Source: Lobosporangium transversale
Lineage: Eukaryota
Reading direction: 5' to 3'
Assembly (NCBI RefSeq): GCF_002105155.1
Contig: NW_019029010.1
Span: forward strand, 186,001 to 250,000
DNA length: 64,000 bases
Shown one piece after another: positions 47,788 to 59,182 of this stretch (position 1 is its first letter; each line of letters opens with the position of its first letter). Made by a program: the position numbers and the translations under genes. Under the pieces are notes generated by a model that was not told the DNA's origin, did not search any database, and saw only the letters and a list, made by a program, of their open reading frames with translations.

Positions 47788-48900
47788 ATGGCCGTTTTCC
47801 CCTGTCCAGACTGGTTACGCATTAACGTACGCTGCCCCGACGGTCGACTGGAAGATGGGTCACTTCTCTGCAACATTTCGTTCAACTGTCGTGAGATTAG
47901 GGGTTCTCTAAAATACAAATCCAAGCATCAACTCCGAAGGCAATGCGACAGCACCCGGTGGCGCCATTTATCATAACCATGTTGAGGGAGGAGATCTCGG
48001 ACATGGACATTGAGGTTTGCGGATACTTCAAAGTAGCGACGTACAGTGGCGATCGTGGTACGAACATAAGCTCCCGCCTGATTGTAACCGACGTTAGAGA
48101 AGCCATCGATGAAGAACATCCCGCAGACAAAGAGCACGAACTGGTAGAATGCCTCCCCGTAAAGACATTTGACAAACCCGCGAAGGAGGCCTACGTATCG
48201 ACAACTACCCAGAGACTGGTTGCAGGCTCACAGAAGCGATCGGTAAGAGAAACTCTATATTGCTTATATTAAACTACAGTTAATGGCAAACTTATTAACA
48301 CCTCTTATGACCTGCTTACTCTATTTAGCCACCACCTCAAATCATCACAAGACAAAGCACGCCACGACAAACGGTAAGCTCCAGCGAAGTATGGGATGAC
48401 CTTTGGGGCTCGCTCCCTGTGAACTTCCGCGAACCTACATTGGAAAGCACAGATACTATTCCCTGCCATATAAATGGGGACCCGATGCTTGTTCGGCCTC
48501 ATACTTTGGAACTTTTGCGGTCTCTTCTCCTTGATGTCAACATATCGATACTTGATCCCCAAAATCAGAAGAAGAGAGTGAAAGCCGATGTTGATTCCAT
48601 TCTAAAAACCCACGAAGCCTTGGCAATAGAAGGAATCCAAGTTATTGAATCTGGTGGCAATAAAGGACTAGAAACAATCACAGGAGCAGTTCTCGTCACG
48701 GGACCCAAGAAGATGACAATTACATGTGCTGAAATTTACAGCAGGGATTCAGTTCTAGATTCACATGCAGAATCAAAAAACACTAGTAACAGTAGCTCAC
48801 CAAATGCAGGACCAACAACCCAATATGGTGCTCGCCTTAAACTTGTCAAGATACCAGACGTATATAATCATAATAAACTTGTGGTTGGAGTTTCTAGTAA
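47788..48900 (+). pseudogene. OB-fold-like domain spliced in frame to an AAG/MPG-like domain; frameshift ~47912; truncated by Tc1
   Basis: Exon 1 homologous to the 14803 gene; intron 48243-48328 (GTAAG..TTTAG, phase 0); exon 2 ITCAEIY..DSHAE..KLVVG homologous to the 42166 ORF. Confidence 0.6.
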
Positions 48901-50505
48901 CACTATCATGCAAAACTGATTCAATAATTCATTCCCTTCCTTTTTTCATTCCTAGAAACCGTATATGCATACACCACTCATACTTTGGTTTAATAAAGCT
49001 CCCGTCTTCTTCTACGTCGTAGTTATGCGTTGTGACATTAGCTTGTCTCATTTGGAAAGCTAATGACTTTTTTGTTCATTCAGGTCATTGAATCAGTTTC
49101 ACATGTGGTCTAAAATGTTGCCCATGTCAACTTTTGGACGTCATTTAATGCAAGTAAAAAAAGGGCTTTTCTCTCTTTCCTTTATGAACACTAGCTTAAC
49201 TCTCTCTTAACTCTATCTTCACAGAATATGGGACCCACTCCACAAAGGAAAGTCAACGAAGCCAGGAGGTTAATGATGGGAGGCATGTCTACTAGAGAAG
49301 CTGCTGCTAGTGTTGGTATATCAATAGCGACGATCACCAGGATCTATGCACATAATAAGGAGTACATGCCAGTCAATAAAGGCGGTCGACCAAGGAAAGT
49401 ATCTAGAGATACCATGCAGTATCTTAAGGTGGACATGAAACGAGGTACACTCAAGACTGCAGTTGAGGCCACCATACCAGCGGCTGTTTCTGAGACCACC
49501 GTTAGACGACGGCTCAAGGAGTTAGGGTTGACAGCAAAGAGGCGTGTACGTATGCCAGCTTTACGTCGACGACATATTAAAGCTCGTTTGCATTTTATCA
49601 ATAAGTATAAGGAATGAACTCTGGAAGATTGGAAAAAGGTTATTTGGTCAGATGAATCGAAAATAAACCGAATCTGCTCTGATGGCGTGCAGTGGATCTG
49701 GGACGACACTCCGGGACACCTCACTCGCAGGTCGGTGCAAGGCACTGTCAAGTTTGAGGTGGTAGCGTTAAAATGTGGTCATGCTTCTCATGGTACGGAC
49801 CTGGATACATTGCAAAGATTGACAATAATATGGACGCACAACTTTACATCAAACTACTCCAGGAGGATCTACAGATGTCGCTTGATGACTGGGGCCTAAC
49901 TAAAAGCAATATCGTCTTTCAGCACGACAATGACTCGAAGCACACGGCGAAGATTGTTAGGAAGTATTTAGAGTCAGTACATCTGACAGAAGAGGAAGGT
50001 ACACTTCTAGAGTGGCCAGCACAATCCCCTGACCTCAACCCTATTGAACACATGTGGGCAGAATTGGATAGGCGGCTCTCTAGATATCCGGAGCGAGCTA
50101 AGAGCTGTGATGAACTATGGGAGCGAATATCGGTTGAATGGTACAGGATCCCAGTGGACTTCTGCCGCAAACTCATCATAGGTATTCATAAGAGACTCCA
50201 AGCTGTCAGTGATGCCCATGGTTGGAATACTACTTATTGATGTAAGGATATGGCTCAGAAAAGAATAAAGGTCTTTGGCCACCGAATGGGCACATGCAAA
50301 ACTGAAAAAGTGACCTGCATGAATAAAAAAGTCATTAGCTTTCCAAATGAGACAAGCTAATGTCACAACGCATAACTATGACGTAGAAGAAGACGGGAGC
50401 TTTATTAAACCAAAGTAAGAGTGTTGTATGCATATACGGTTTTTAGAAATGAAAACAAGAAATGCACATGGGAATGAATTATTCATTCAGTTTTGCATGA
50501 TAGTG
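48901..50505 (+). mobile_element. Tc1-family transposon with ~190-bp TIRs, decayed
   Basis: CACTATCATGCAAAACTGA.. inverted at both ends; TA on the right only. Confidence 0.9.
49228..50240 (+). pseudogene. Tc1 transposase pseudogene, DD39E spacing
   Basis: GGRP, WSDES, QHDNDSKH, SPDLNPIE; stop at 49615 and frameshift ~49757. Confidence 0.9.
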
Positions 50506-50506
50506 T

Positions 50507-50795
50507 ATAGCACTCATGTCCAGGATGTCCAGAAACCGTCACTTCCTCTTCCAGGTGTTTGTTGGTGTGGCCCAAAACACCACTCCTTGACCTAAGCCCT
50601 CCGGTATTGCATACGGGGCACGTAAAGTCATCATCAACAGGCTTTATCACCTATGAGATAGTCTGACCTGTCGCATCACGAATGTGTATAGTGACTCTGG
50701 TAGGATGGGACTCTATCTTATGGCCTTTGAGGCTTTTGGCAGTAGTAAAGGCTTTACCAGGACATTTCTCCCACGAAGGCCACTGTTCATATTCT
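50507..50795 (-). pseudogene. Double C2H2 zinc-finger gene fragment
   Basis: KCPGKAF..LKGH..SH and FTCPVC..GH..KH; ends at the Tc1 boundary. Confidence 0.5.
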
Positions 50796-52210
50796 GATTT
50801 TTAAAATAAAAATCATTAACTAAGAAATATCCACAACGTCAACATTAAGCAATCAGATAAACTGACAATGAAGAGTGTGTGGTATGGACGGAAAGTAGTT
50901 ATGGAGAAGAAGAAATAAAAAAGGAAGATGGGCAGAAAGTGGGTATGGGAATTGGTGTGGGAGTGAGAACGACTTAACATTGCAAAACGTACGAGCACGT
51001 TCAGTGGCAAATAATATCAATACAAATGACTGCTTGATGTAGTTTTTTTTTTTCACGTTGCCACGCTCGTCCTTTCATTCTTCAGCTTTGCAAAGCGAAA
51101 TCCAAAACATGCAAGGAAAGGAAGGAAAAGCAAGGGCGAAGGAAAGAGTGCCCACAGGAAAAAAAAAAAAAAAAAAAAAAAAAGGCAAGCAACGTGCGGA
51201 TGCGCAACATTCATGGACTAGGAAAGGTCCTTACATCGAAAGAGCCGCAGCACTAGACAACGAAGGGAAAGCGAAACAAGGGAGGAACAAGGCAACGAGA
51301 GTAGAGTGTTCTAGGAAATATAAGAAGCTGCCGGAAATGGAGAGACAGAAGGTGGAGAAAGGCAGAGAAGAGAGAGAGCTGAAGAGAGTGCAAATGGAAT
51401 AAAATGAGAGAACAGTTTAGAAAGATGCGCAGCCCCTGAAATGGATGACGTTGTCACATGAACGTCGTCATCATTTTTTACTGGATGGAGCGAAAAAACC
51501 AATGGATTTTGGACAAGAGAGAGGGCAAAGAAAAAAAAAAAGCATACAGATTTTTTCTGTAGGGTGGGTGCGAGGGCTTTTTTTTATGAGTGTACAGATT
51601 CTAGTATTTCAGGACTAGTATGACATACTAGTACTGATACTAGAGTTGAGTACTAAAGTTGCAGATTTTAGTATTTGCTTCAGTACATACCGATTTTTTT
51701 TGCCATTCTTTGGGAAAGGTGGCCGACTACTATACAATCCCCCTTCCACAGCTGCAAAGTATCCAAACTCACCATCCCTCTTCACGAAACCTGTCGTATA
51801 GACCATCTGGTCTCTATGGTTCCTGAGACCGCGGATGTACGTATATAGAGTACTCAGGCACTCTGGGAGCATTGCAGGGATGGAACCCATGAATGCATAT
51901 TAATATCAATTTCACCCTCGTCCCGAGCGCCCTTTATTTTTGATGAAGTGATACTAGACATTCATAAACAAAGCTAGGAGTTGATATTCATAAATAAATA
52001 TGCAAGTGATACTAACACAAAAACTGACCCGCACAAAACCCATGATACCATTTTTGTTACTTTGATACGCAGTACTAGTATGCCATACTGGACACTTGAT
52101 ACTAAAATCACAACATACCTCTAGCAAAAAAGGGGCCGGAAAGGTGTTTTGTTTTTCTTTAGGCAGGGAATAAAAAATGAAAATGGTAAATGGGGCTAGA
52201 TGCACTAAAA

Positions 52211-52402
52211 GAGTGGAGGCAAGTAAATGGTGGACATAGTGCATCGTGATGACAAAGCTTGATATATGGTGTCTTCTGACTTTTTTCTATTGGTTTTTTC
52301 TCATTTGTATGTAATAGGCGGCTGATTTCTGCTAGAAGGGAGCACAGAAAACTGGATCTATCATCACAATGCTCTATGTCCACCATTTACTTGCCCCCAC
52401 TC
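52211..52402. mobile_element. MITE-like element with ~43-bp TIRs
   Basis: GAGTGG(A/G)GGCAAGTAAATGGTGGACATAG.GCAT.GTGATGA inverted at both ends; no clear TSD. Confidence 0.7.
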
Positions 52403-52540
52403 TTCTGATAACTATTGTTGTCGTTTTTTTCTCCAGTATCTTTTGGTCAAACTGTGGCTAAAGAAGGTTGTGAGTAGTCTTTTTATTCACTGGATCCAGT
52501 TGTGGAGTTATTAACTGATATTAACTGTTAAATTCTTTCC

Positions 52541-53700
52541 ATGTCTTTGAAAATTGATTCAAAAGCAGTACCCGGAGTGGATCTCGATGGATCCGAAGAA
52601 GATCGAAGATCATCATTTGGCTCGAGATTGCTTTCCACTGACCCGGATGATGCAAGATATGTTTCAAGTCAAGACCAACAAGAGCCTAAAGCTAAGCTTT
52701 ATACTTGGGATTACCTTGTTGGAAGTGGAAGAGCCGACTCTCGTGTCGATAACTTGTGGGCTATTGGTGGAGAAGAAGTTGGTCGTGATCTTATGGAACT
52801 TCGAGATCGAGTTGTATTAGAGAACGGAGTACTAACAGATCCTCATGAAGAACTGTAAGTAAAGCTCTGAACAATGGAAAATAACTCTAGTGAGTGAAAA
52901 TCGATGTCCAACCGACAGTCTTTTTCTTTTCTTCTCTATTCTTTAATAAGCAGTGAACTTTATGGCTAACGGAGACGACGAAGGAAGTCTTACGTCCATT
53001 ATCGGAACAGGCGCCCCTTTACTGTTCCACCCTTTTTTTTCCCACCCTTCGTAGTTTTACTTCTTTTTTCTTTTCGCATCGAAAGAAAGATGTAGAACAG
53101 AGATAGCCATAGTTGAGATTTTATTTTTCTTTATTTACATGCCTTTAGTTGGATTCGCGAGCGGGAGATAAAGAAAGAGAGCTTACAGCAAAGGGTCGCC
53201 GTTCTAGTTGGATAATGCAGTAGTAAAGGCCTACATGCAGTTTTTGAAATAAGTTTCTTTGTATTTACATGATATAAAACCGTTTTTTTTTTTTTTTTTT
53301 TTTTTTTGCTACATATGTTATCATAGCCTTCCGGGAGTCATTTCTTCTTTTTCAGCGAAACAAAAACCCATATTTTGGGTTGAAAGATCCACAGACTATA
53401 GAGATTGAGCAACTTTGGAGCGGTACGCTTGCAGGAGCGTGCACAGGAGGGATCCTTGCAACATTAGCACGTAGGATTAAGATAAACTTATGAATGGAAT
53501 ACAGATAGTACAAAAAAAAAAAAAAAAAAAAAAAAGGTTTCTTTGGTATTAAAATACTTAAGTTTTTCTCACACACATCATAATAAGCTTTTTTATTTTT
53601 TACTTTTTTTTTTTAGGTGGATGCAAGGCAGTACCATCGGGGACCATTATGTTTGGAGTGATGGCGTTGAGTGGTCAATGGATCTGGTCAAAGACAAACC
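52541..53700 (+). pseudogene. Fragments of an uncharacterised multi-exon gene
   Basis: Coding-like segments (WAIGGEEVGRDLMELR..DPHEEL then a GTAAGT donor; later WMQG..HYVW) separated by AT-rich DNA. Confidence 0.35.
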
Positions 53701-54832
53701 GATATCGACAGAAGAAGGTTTTGGCGAACATACCTCAGATAGAACAAAGTGAGACATATCAAACGATTGCTGCTTCTGCTGCAAAGGCAACGACAGGCGC
53801 GCTACGGCGTCGGGATGGTGTAGGGGCTGGACTGTTGAAGGTGCTACTGATGTTGATGAATATGAAGCAAAGCGCCGACAGAAACTAGAGTTGATTGAAC
53901 AAGAACAGAAGATGTTGCAAGAAGAGGTGTTGAGACGGAAGAGAATAGTAATGGAAAAGGCAATTCAGGAGAAGACAGTATGACATTGATAATGAGCCCT
54001 TTTATATATAATAAACCATTTTTCCTATTCATTATAACCGAAAGTAGTTTATGGAGTCAAATTCACTGTGAACTTGGTCTCAGAAATGAATGAACTGACC
54101 TTCACAAAAGAAGTATTTTAAAATATGAAACTTAAAGTCACAAATATCGGCGCACATGACATCAACTTTATGCTGATTTGTCCTCTATTTGACAGTATTC
54201 AAGAGATGTCAGGGTGTCATAATATCGTTTGAATTTCTTCAAGTTCGTGTTTTGCATATATTTTATCCATCCTTATTAGAAAAGGGGAAAGGGGAAGAGG
54301 CTTCAGTTTTTCGGCTTGTGCCTTCACTTCCACCGAGAACGGCTAGCGTCTTTTGCTAATACTTTTTTTGGTCATGGTGTTTATATAATTGTCTGAATAA
54401 AGAGTGAAGACGTAATTTGGTTATTGGTATCATGTGCGCCAATATATGATGTGACTTTAAATTTCACCATCATTTTTGGGACCAATTTTAGCTTTCGACT
54501 ATAAAAGTTAAAAATTAAAATCTTGACTCTTCTCACTTGTTCCACTTTGATCAGCGAATGGTCTACAGAGGACGACCTATTCGCATTGTCTTAGGTGCCA
54601 TGGACATATGTGTGTGTGACCTTCTTTTATTTAGAAATCCGACGAAAATCAAAACAAAAACTAAATAAAAGACTACCTAACTCTGAAGACAATGCTCCTC
54701 ATCTTCTTGAGAGCGCAACATGGGAGGGAAAGGGAGGGACATATGTCCATGGCACCTAAGACAATGCGAATAGGTCGTCCTCTGTAGACCATTCGCTGAT
54801 CATTGTCTACGGTGCCATGTCCATATGTGTCT

Positions 54833-55830
54833 TCAGAGGGACCCCAGAGTGGAAAGAGAAATGTTGTTCGAAGTAGTACTTGAGAGACGATAGTGCTTCT
54901 CGAACACTTTGGGAGAGGACCAGTTGCCCTGGACCATAATGTCCGCGATTGGTACGCCTGAGATGGCCGCTAATGTTGAACCTAGTGCTCGTAACTTGGG
55001 TGCTTTAGAGCCTTCGGGTATCATTCGTGCAGTGATACGGTTCATGTGTCCGGCTATTGTTGTCGACGTAGCTGGCTTAGCATGATCTTTGATAAAGCGG
55101 ATCAAAGGTGTGTACTCACGAGTGGGATCTTTGGGATGGGGAACACGAAGTGCAGGTCCAGTGAGGCGAGATTGATATGCTGTGTAAGTCTTCACTGGAC
55201 AGAGTGCTGGGTCTGGATGACCGCCAATCGTGATATACTTGATGATGCGTTGGTCGTTGCGTTTTTCTTTGGGGAAAACCACTGCCAGTTGAAGCCTGTC
55301 TCGTACTATTCCGGAGAGTTGCATGTCTGTGCAACGGATATCGTCAGGCCGCATGAATCCGCAAACGCCTAATAACCAGCAGAGTTTCTGCGTCAAGATC
55401 ATCATATCCATGGTCAAGTTATCGCCCAAGCTCCGAAAGAATTGGATGACAGGAGTAATGTCGTGCTCCTCTTGGCGTGTGTGATGAATTGTCTCCACCC
55501 TTCCCGCTCTAATAAACTGTTGGTAGAGTGGATCGTTTGTGATGACCTTTGGGTCCGCAAAGAGGGCTAAAATGGCTGACTTCATGTTCATCACTGTGGT
55601 CCATGCAAGATTGCGTGTTGCCATGGTCTGATACAACCAGTTGATGATGGGGACAGTGGGATTGATCCCTTCTTCAAACGTGCCTTCGTCCAACCACGAT
55701 AGAAATTCTTTCTGCGCTGGTAAATATCGTTGTAGGGTTTGTAAGGCAGCCCTGTTGCCTAAAATGAAGCTTTGGACTCCTTCGGATAGTCCTGCAGTGC
55801 TCAAAGCCGCCCGTTTAGACGCCAAGCCGA
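54833..55830 (-). CDS. DIRS tyrosine recombinase, intact (C-terminal part of the long overlapping ORF 54833-56704; start uncertain)
   Basis: FMRPDDI, VFPKEK, LCPV, KLRALGST, QGNWSS and HYRL in one frame. Confidence 0.9.
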
Positions 55831-57668
55831 GAGTTGCCAGAGGGGATTGCGGTCTAAAATATTCTTTGCGCTTCCTGGTGGGGGCTTGACTGCTTTCCTG
55901 GGTATCCGGATGGGTGGATGTATGGCCATCTGTTTCACTGTTGGGAACCAAGGGGCTGACGGCCAAAAGGGAGTTATCAGTGTCGCTGTGACTCTCTCTA
56001 GGCGTATTTTCTGCAGGATCAGAGGAATAAGGTTCCACGGTGGGCAAAGATAAATGTTGCCCAGTGTCTTCCAGGGAAGTCGAAGTGCGTCGAAGTCGAT
56101 CGCTTGAGGATGAGGTTTCCAGGATACAAACCGAGGAATCTGTCTGTTGATGTGAGAGGCGAACATGTCTACGCTGTGCGGTCCCCAAATTTGATCCAGT
56201 TGTTGAAAGAACTGAGGATCCAGAGACCACTCCAGTTGTTCTTGCAGGCGTCGAGATGGTGCATCGGCTGGATTGAATGTCGAGGGTACATAGGTGGTGG
56301 TCATTCTGGTCCCTGTCTGAAGGCAGTGACGCCAGATTCTGTCCGCAACTTGCATCAAGACTGGAGAACGTGTTCCACCGAACTTGTTGACATAGGCAAT
56401 GGTGGTCGTGTTGTCGCAAATCAGGTTGATCATGCGTCCTTGTACCTGAGGAAGAGTGATGGCATGAAATACAGTCTGAAGCTCCTTCCAATTGATGTGT
56501 TGAGAGCGTTCCTGAGGTGTCCATACACCGTACCATGTGCGTTGACCGATCACAATGCCCCATCCTGTGTCCGAAGCATCCGTGAACACATCCAACTCCG
56601 TTGGAGACTGAATCCAAGACGTGCCGTTCCATTCCTTGAGATGATGAATCCACCAGAGAAGGTCTTCGTTGGCCGCTCGGGACATCGAAACATGATCGGT
56701 CCATGATGCTCCTCGAATGCGAGTGGCATTGTTCTTTAGTTGCATGAGATTTCGCGTCATGACGCGGGCTGGAAAGACTGCAGCTGTTGTTGCCATGGCT
56801 TTCCCTATAAATGAAGTTAAATTGCGAAGGGTAGTATATCCCTTCTTGAGAATCTTTGACGCTTCGCGTCGCAGGTCTCGTACCTTTTTATCGGCACGGC
56901 TAGGGTCATCTTGCGAGTATCGAGGCTGAAACCCAAATGATCCAGTCTCTGGGAAGGTTCCAGGGATGATTTGGCTCTGTTCACTAGGAATCCCAACGAC
57001 TCCAATTTCTCCATGACCATCTTGGTGTGTAGTATTGACTTCTCCTGTGATGTCGCCATCACAATGGGGTCGTCGAGGTATGCCGACACCCGTATGCCTT
57101 TCCTCCGTGCCCATCGAAGAACTGGACGTAGAACTTTGGTGAATACTAGAGGAGACAGTGATAGTCCGAATGGGAGCGTTCGGAATTGATAGAGTCTCCC
57201 TTGCCAATGGAATTGAAGGTACCGACGGCAGGTCGGTGACACTAAGACGTGTAGAAAGGCATCCTTGAGGTCGATCGAAGTCAGATAGTCCTTCCTCTGC
57301 ATCATCTTGCAGACTGCCTGAACCGTCTCCATCTTGAATGAAATGCTTTCTACGAACTGATTTAACGGCCGAAGATTGAGGACTGGACGAAGGTCCCCCG
57401 TCTTCTTGGGAATCGTGAATATCTGGCTCCGAAATCCTGGTTCCGAAGCGTATTCTATCGCTTTCTTTGCTAAAAGTGAAAGGACCTCTGTCTCGATCGC
57501 GCTCTTTTCCGCTACGGATAAAGGCCGTCTTGACATCTCCTTTGAGTTTGTGATTGGTGGAGGAGAGCGGAAGGGAATATGAAAACCTTCTCCAATCACT
57601 GAGTGGACCCATGCGTCGTCCGTTAGAAGCGTCCAGGCCCGTTGGAATAAGTGTAGTCGTCCTCCTAC
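55801..57668 (-). pseudogene. DIRS RT / RNase H / MT with a 1-nt frameshift in an A-run near 56887
   Basis: SIDLKDAF and YLDD in ORF 56817-57599; TDAS, DMFAS and YLCPPW in ORF 55801-57906. Confidence 0.9.
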
Positions 57669-58606
57669 TGGGTGTTCTGTGGGCGGCCGCGTCCCCTGCC
57701 ACGGGCGCCCCTGGTAAAATATTGTCCTTGATATCCTTGGGTTGGGTATCCTTGCGCTGTACCAGGTAAGGCAGGTACCATTGTTTGAGACTGAGGCGGT
57801 GCGAATTGGAGAGCTGGTTGCTGCTGCTGGGTGAATTGTTGCTGGTACTGTTGTTGGTAGGCTGGTTGTGGTTGCCAGCCAAACCCGCCGCTCCTGAAAC
57901 CGCCAAACTGTGAGCGCCCTTTGTTGCGCTGTCTCGAGCTATCTTTCGATTGCTTGAACCCCATAGCTTCTTTAGTCAAGTCAGACTCCTTGTTCTTGGC
58001 TGAAAATTGTTCAGTGGTGATGAGTGGTGTTGGGCCATCTCTTGATTTTGTCTTGATAGAACGAGATCTGAGGAAACGGTCCTGTCGTTCATCAGAAATT
58101 GAATACGCCACATCTGCGATTTGCGATCGCATAACCTGAAGGAACTCCATGATGTCGTCTTTAGTGTCATCATCTGTCTGAGAAGCAAAGACAGTGGCTG
58201 CAAAAGTGTCGATGGGGCGGGTAATGCGTGCCAAATGTTCCTGGATAGACTGTAGAGTCTTGTCCATCTGTTGTGCCTCTGAAGCGTTGGAAGGCCAAGG
58301 TAAGTCTGAAACGGGGGGAGCTTTGTAGCTCTGTAGTGCATTCTTGGGGAAATTGGCTCTATCGAGAGTGAGATTGTGTATGTCCTCTTTTGGACGGGAA
58401 TAGAAATTTTCCCCTGAAATTGAGGGCATTGCTGCCAGCAAGAAATTGTTTGGGACAATTTCCTTTGAAGGAGAGGACTCGATGATAAAGGGGTTGCTTG
58501 TGTTACCTGCTGTAACAGCCTCCAATTGAGCTTGGAGGGCTGCCATTTGAGAACGCAGCTCGTGAATGGAATCAATTTCATTGTCGGAAAGGTGAATGTC
58601 GCTCAT
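57665..58606 (-). CDS. DIRS ORF1 (Gag-like)
   Basis: YKAP..PWP..LARITRPID; Q-rich and RG-rich end. Confidence 0.8.
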   Translation of the reverse strand: MSDIHLSDNEIDSIHELRSQMAALQAQLEAVTAGNTSNPFIIESSPSKEIVPNNFLLAAMPSISGENFYSRPKEDIHNLTLDRANFPKNALQSYKAPPVSDLPWPSNASEAQQMDKTLQSIQEHLARITRPIDTFAATVFASQTDDDTKDDIMEFLQVMRSQIADVAYSISDERQDRFLRSRSIKTKSRDGPTPLITTEQFSAKNKESDLTKEAMGFKQSKDSSRQRNKGRSQFGGFRSGGFGWQPQPAYQQQYQQQFTQQQQPALQFAPPQSQTMVPALPGTAQGYPTQGYQGQYFTRGARGRGRGRPQNTQ

Positions 58607-58787
58607 AGGAAACAACAAAAAAAATCTCTAACTCGCTATGGATGTGTTCCGAATGAGCGACGAAAAAGAAGATGAGGAGCATTGTCTTCAGAGTTAGGTA
58701 GTCTTTTATTTAGTTTTTGTTTTGATTTTCGTCGGATTTCTAAATAAAAGAAGGTCACACACATATGGACATGGCACCGTAGACAAT

Positions 58788-59005
58788 ATCACTCGTTAGT
58801 GGAACTTCTAAAGTATGCCAGTGGATGTGTTCCGGAAGGGCGAAAGAAAATAGATGCTGATCAATCTTTGTGGCACCATAGTTTTGTAGCAAAAAAAAAA
58901 AAAAAAAAAAAAAAATTGTTTATTTTTATTTAGTGACTATGGATTTTCGGCGAATTAATAAAGAAAAGAAGTGACACATTATAGGTCGGCTCCCGCTGTG
59001 ATAAT
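58788..59005 (-). mobile_element. Left terminus and 5' leader of a family B DIRS, cut by family D
   Basis: 58852-59005 matches the reverse complement of 22893-23046. Confidence 0.88.
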
Positions 59006-59182
59006 ACTTTTAGTAGAGGTCCGAGCAAATCAACGAAATACACTGGTGAAGATGGGAATGAGAAATGAGAATTAATGTCGAAATCAGCAATTCATTGATG
59101 GTAATTAATCCGGCACTTTACTACTTTACTACATATTGTATTTCATTTAATATTTGTCTCATTTCATATATATTGCATTTTA

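Larger units (their letters stand above)
54549..58787 (-). mobile_element. DIRS family D element (full length)
   Basis: ITRs (~54549-54707 and ~58667-58787), ICR ~54738-54830, gag, pol, YR. Confidence 0.95.

Noticed and set aside
39598..49617. RIP-like mutation suggested by several apparent TGG-to-TGA stops
   Set aside because: The A1/A2 repeats are nearly identical and GC-balanced, and the dinucleotide context is not CpA.
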